Assembly: GCA_964016885.1 (NCBI GenBank)
Contig: OZ024740.1
Location: 439,208,001 to 439,272,000, forward strand
Direction: 5' to 3'
DNA: 64,000 bases
DNA from: Eledone cirrhosa
Lineage: Eukaryota
The notes under the pieces are model-generated. The model was not told the DNA's origin. It ran no database searches and saw only the letters and a list, made by a program, of their open reading frames with translations. Positions 62,101 through 64,000 of this stretch are shown one piece after another. Both the position numbers and the translations under genes were made by a program. The stretch's first letter is position 1, and each line of letters begins with the position of its first letter.

Positions 62101-64000
62101 TCTAGCCATCTTAGACACACTCACCCCAACCACGGCTAAGAAACCACATCTAGCCACCTTAGACACACTCACCCCAACCACGGCTAAGAAACCACATCTA
62201 GCCATCTTAGACACACTCACACCAGCCACGGCTAAGAAACCACATCTAGCCATCTTAGACACACTCACCCCAACAATGGCTAAGAAACCACATCTAGCCA
62301 TCTTAGACACACTCACACCAGCCACGGCTAAGAAACCACATCTAGCCATCTTAGACACACTCACCCCAACCACGGCTAAGAAACCACATCTAGCCACCTT
62401 AGACACACTCACCCCAGCCACGGCTAAGAAACCACATCTAGACATCTGAGACACACTCACCCCAGCTACGGCTAAGAAACCACATCTACCCATCTTAGAC
62501 ACACTCACCCCAGCCACGGCTAAGAAATCACATCTAGCCATCTGAGACACACTCACCACAGCCACGGTTAAGAAACCACATCTACCCATCTGAGACACAC
62601 TCACCCCAGCCACGGCTAAGAAACCACATCTAGCCATCTTAGACACACTCACCCCAGCCACGGCTAAGAAACCACATCTAGACATCTGAGACACACTCAC
62701 CCCAACCACGGCTAAGAAACCACATCTAGCCATCTTAGACACACTCACCCCAGCCACGGCTAAGAAACCACATCTAGACATCTTAGACACACTCACCCCA
62801 GCCACGGCTAAGAAACCACATCTAGACATCTGAGACACACTCACCCCAGCCACGGCTAAGAAACCACATCTAGACATCTGAGACACACTCACCCCAACCA
62901 CGGCTAAGAAACCACATCTAGCCATCTTAGACACACTCACCCCAGCCACGGCTAAGAAACCACATCTAGACATCTTAGACACACTCACCCCAGCCACGGC
63001 TAAGAAACCACATCTAGACATCTGAGACACACTCACCCCAGCCACGGCTAAGAAACCACATCTAGACATCTTAGACACACTCACCCCAGCCACGGCTAAG
63101 AAACCACATCTAGGCATCTGAGACACACTCACCCCAACCACGGCTAAGAAACCACATCTAGCCATCTAAGACACACTCACCCCAGCCACGGCTAAGAAAC
63201 CACATCTAGACATCTTAGACACACTCACCCCAGCCACGGCTAAGAAACCACATCTAGCCATCTGAGACACACTCACCACAGCCACGGTTAAGAAACCACA
63301 TCTAGACATCTGAGACACACTCACCCCAGCCACGGCTAAGAAACCACATCTAGCCATCTTAGACACACTCACCCCAGCCACGGCTAAGAAACCACATCTA
63401 ACCATCTGAGACACACTCACCCCAGCCACGGCTAAGAAACCACATCTAGCCATCTTAGACACACTGACCCCAGCCACGGCTAAGAAACCACATCTAGCCA
63501 TCTGAGACACACTCACCCCAGCCACGGCTAAGAAACCACATCTAGCCATCGGAGACACTCTCACCCCAGCCACAGCTAAGAAACCACCTCTAGACATCTG
63601 AGACAGACTCACCCTAGCCACGGCTAAGAAACCACATCTAGCCATCTGAGACCACTCACCCCAGCCATGGCTAAGAAACCACATCTAGCCATCGGAGACA
63701 CTCTCACCCCAGCCACGGCTAAGAAACCACATCTACCCATCTTAGACACACTCACCCCAGCCACGGCTAAGAAACCACATCTAGCCATCTGAAACACACT
63801 CACCCCAGCCACGGCTAAGAAACCACATCTACCCATCTGAGACACTCTCTCCCCAGCCACGGCTAAGAAACCACATCTACCCATCTTAGACACACTCACC
63901 CCAGCCACGGCTAAGAAACCACATCTAGCCATCGGAGACACTCTCACCCCAGCCACGGCTAAGAAACCACATCTAGCCATCTGAGACACACTCACCCCAG
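44156..64000. repeat. 48-bp satellite main array (~410 units; 47- and 51-bp variants; higher-order duplications), runs off the window
   Basis: Continuous tandem units with the CA-rich strand on +. Confidence 0.98.

Noticed and set aside
39499-64000. CRISPR-like array or genuine repeat-protein gene
   Set aside because: Units are head-to-tail with no unique spacers and no cas genes. The ORFs follow from a 48-bp stop-free frame and are broken by amplified 47-bp units.

Overview
Eukaryotic, repeat-dominated animal DNA. Nin-domain SINEs and very dense microsatellites suggest a mollusc, probably a cephalopod such as Octopus; this is inference. No host gene can be called confidently. Bases 1-39.5 kb are a mosaic of microsatellites and retroelement debris: R4/Dong-like RLE LINEs, a ~600-bp RTE-derived non-autonomous element, three Penelope-like (PLE) RT/GIY-YIG fragments, many PLE pseudo-LTR pieces in tandem or fold-back form, a 5'-truncated Gypsy element with its 3' LTR, and an L1/Tx1 3' end. 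About 16 minimal type-I hammerhead ribozyme motifs can be read by eye in the PLE pieces. Six of them, from two dissimilar families, have a UUGAAAA core, i.e. a compensatory U3-A8 pair replacing C3-G8. Bases 39.5-64 kb are a 48-bp satellite with higher-order duplications. It switches polarity twice around an embedded Gypsy gag-pol fragment whose pol frame reads straight into the stop-free satellite frame. Most long ORFs in the track are microsatellite or satellite artefacts.
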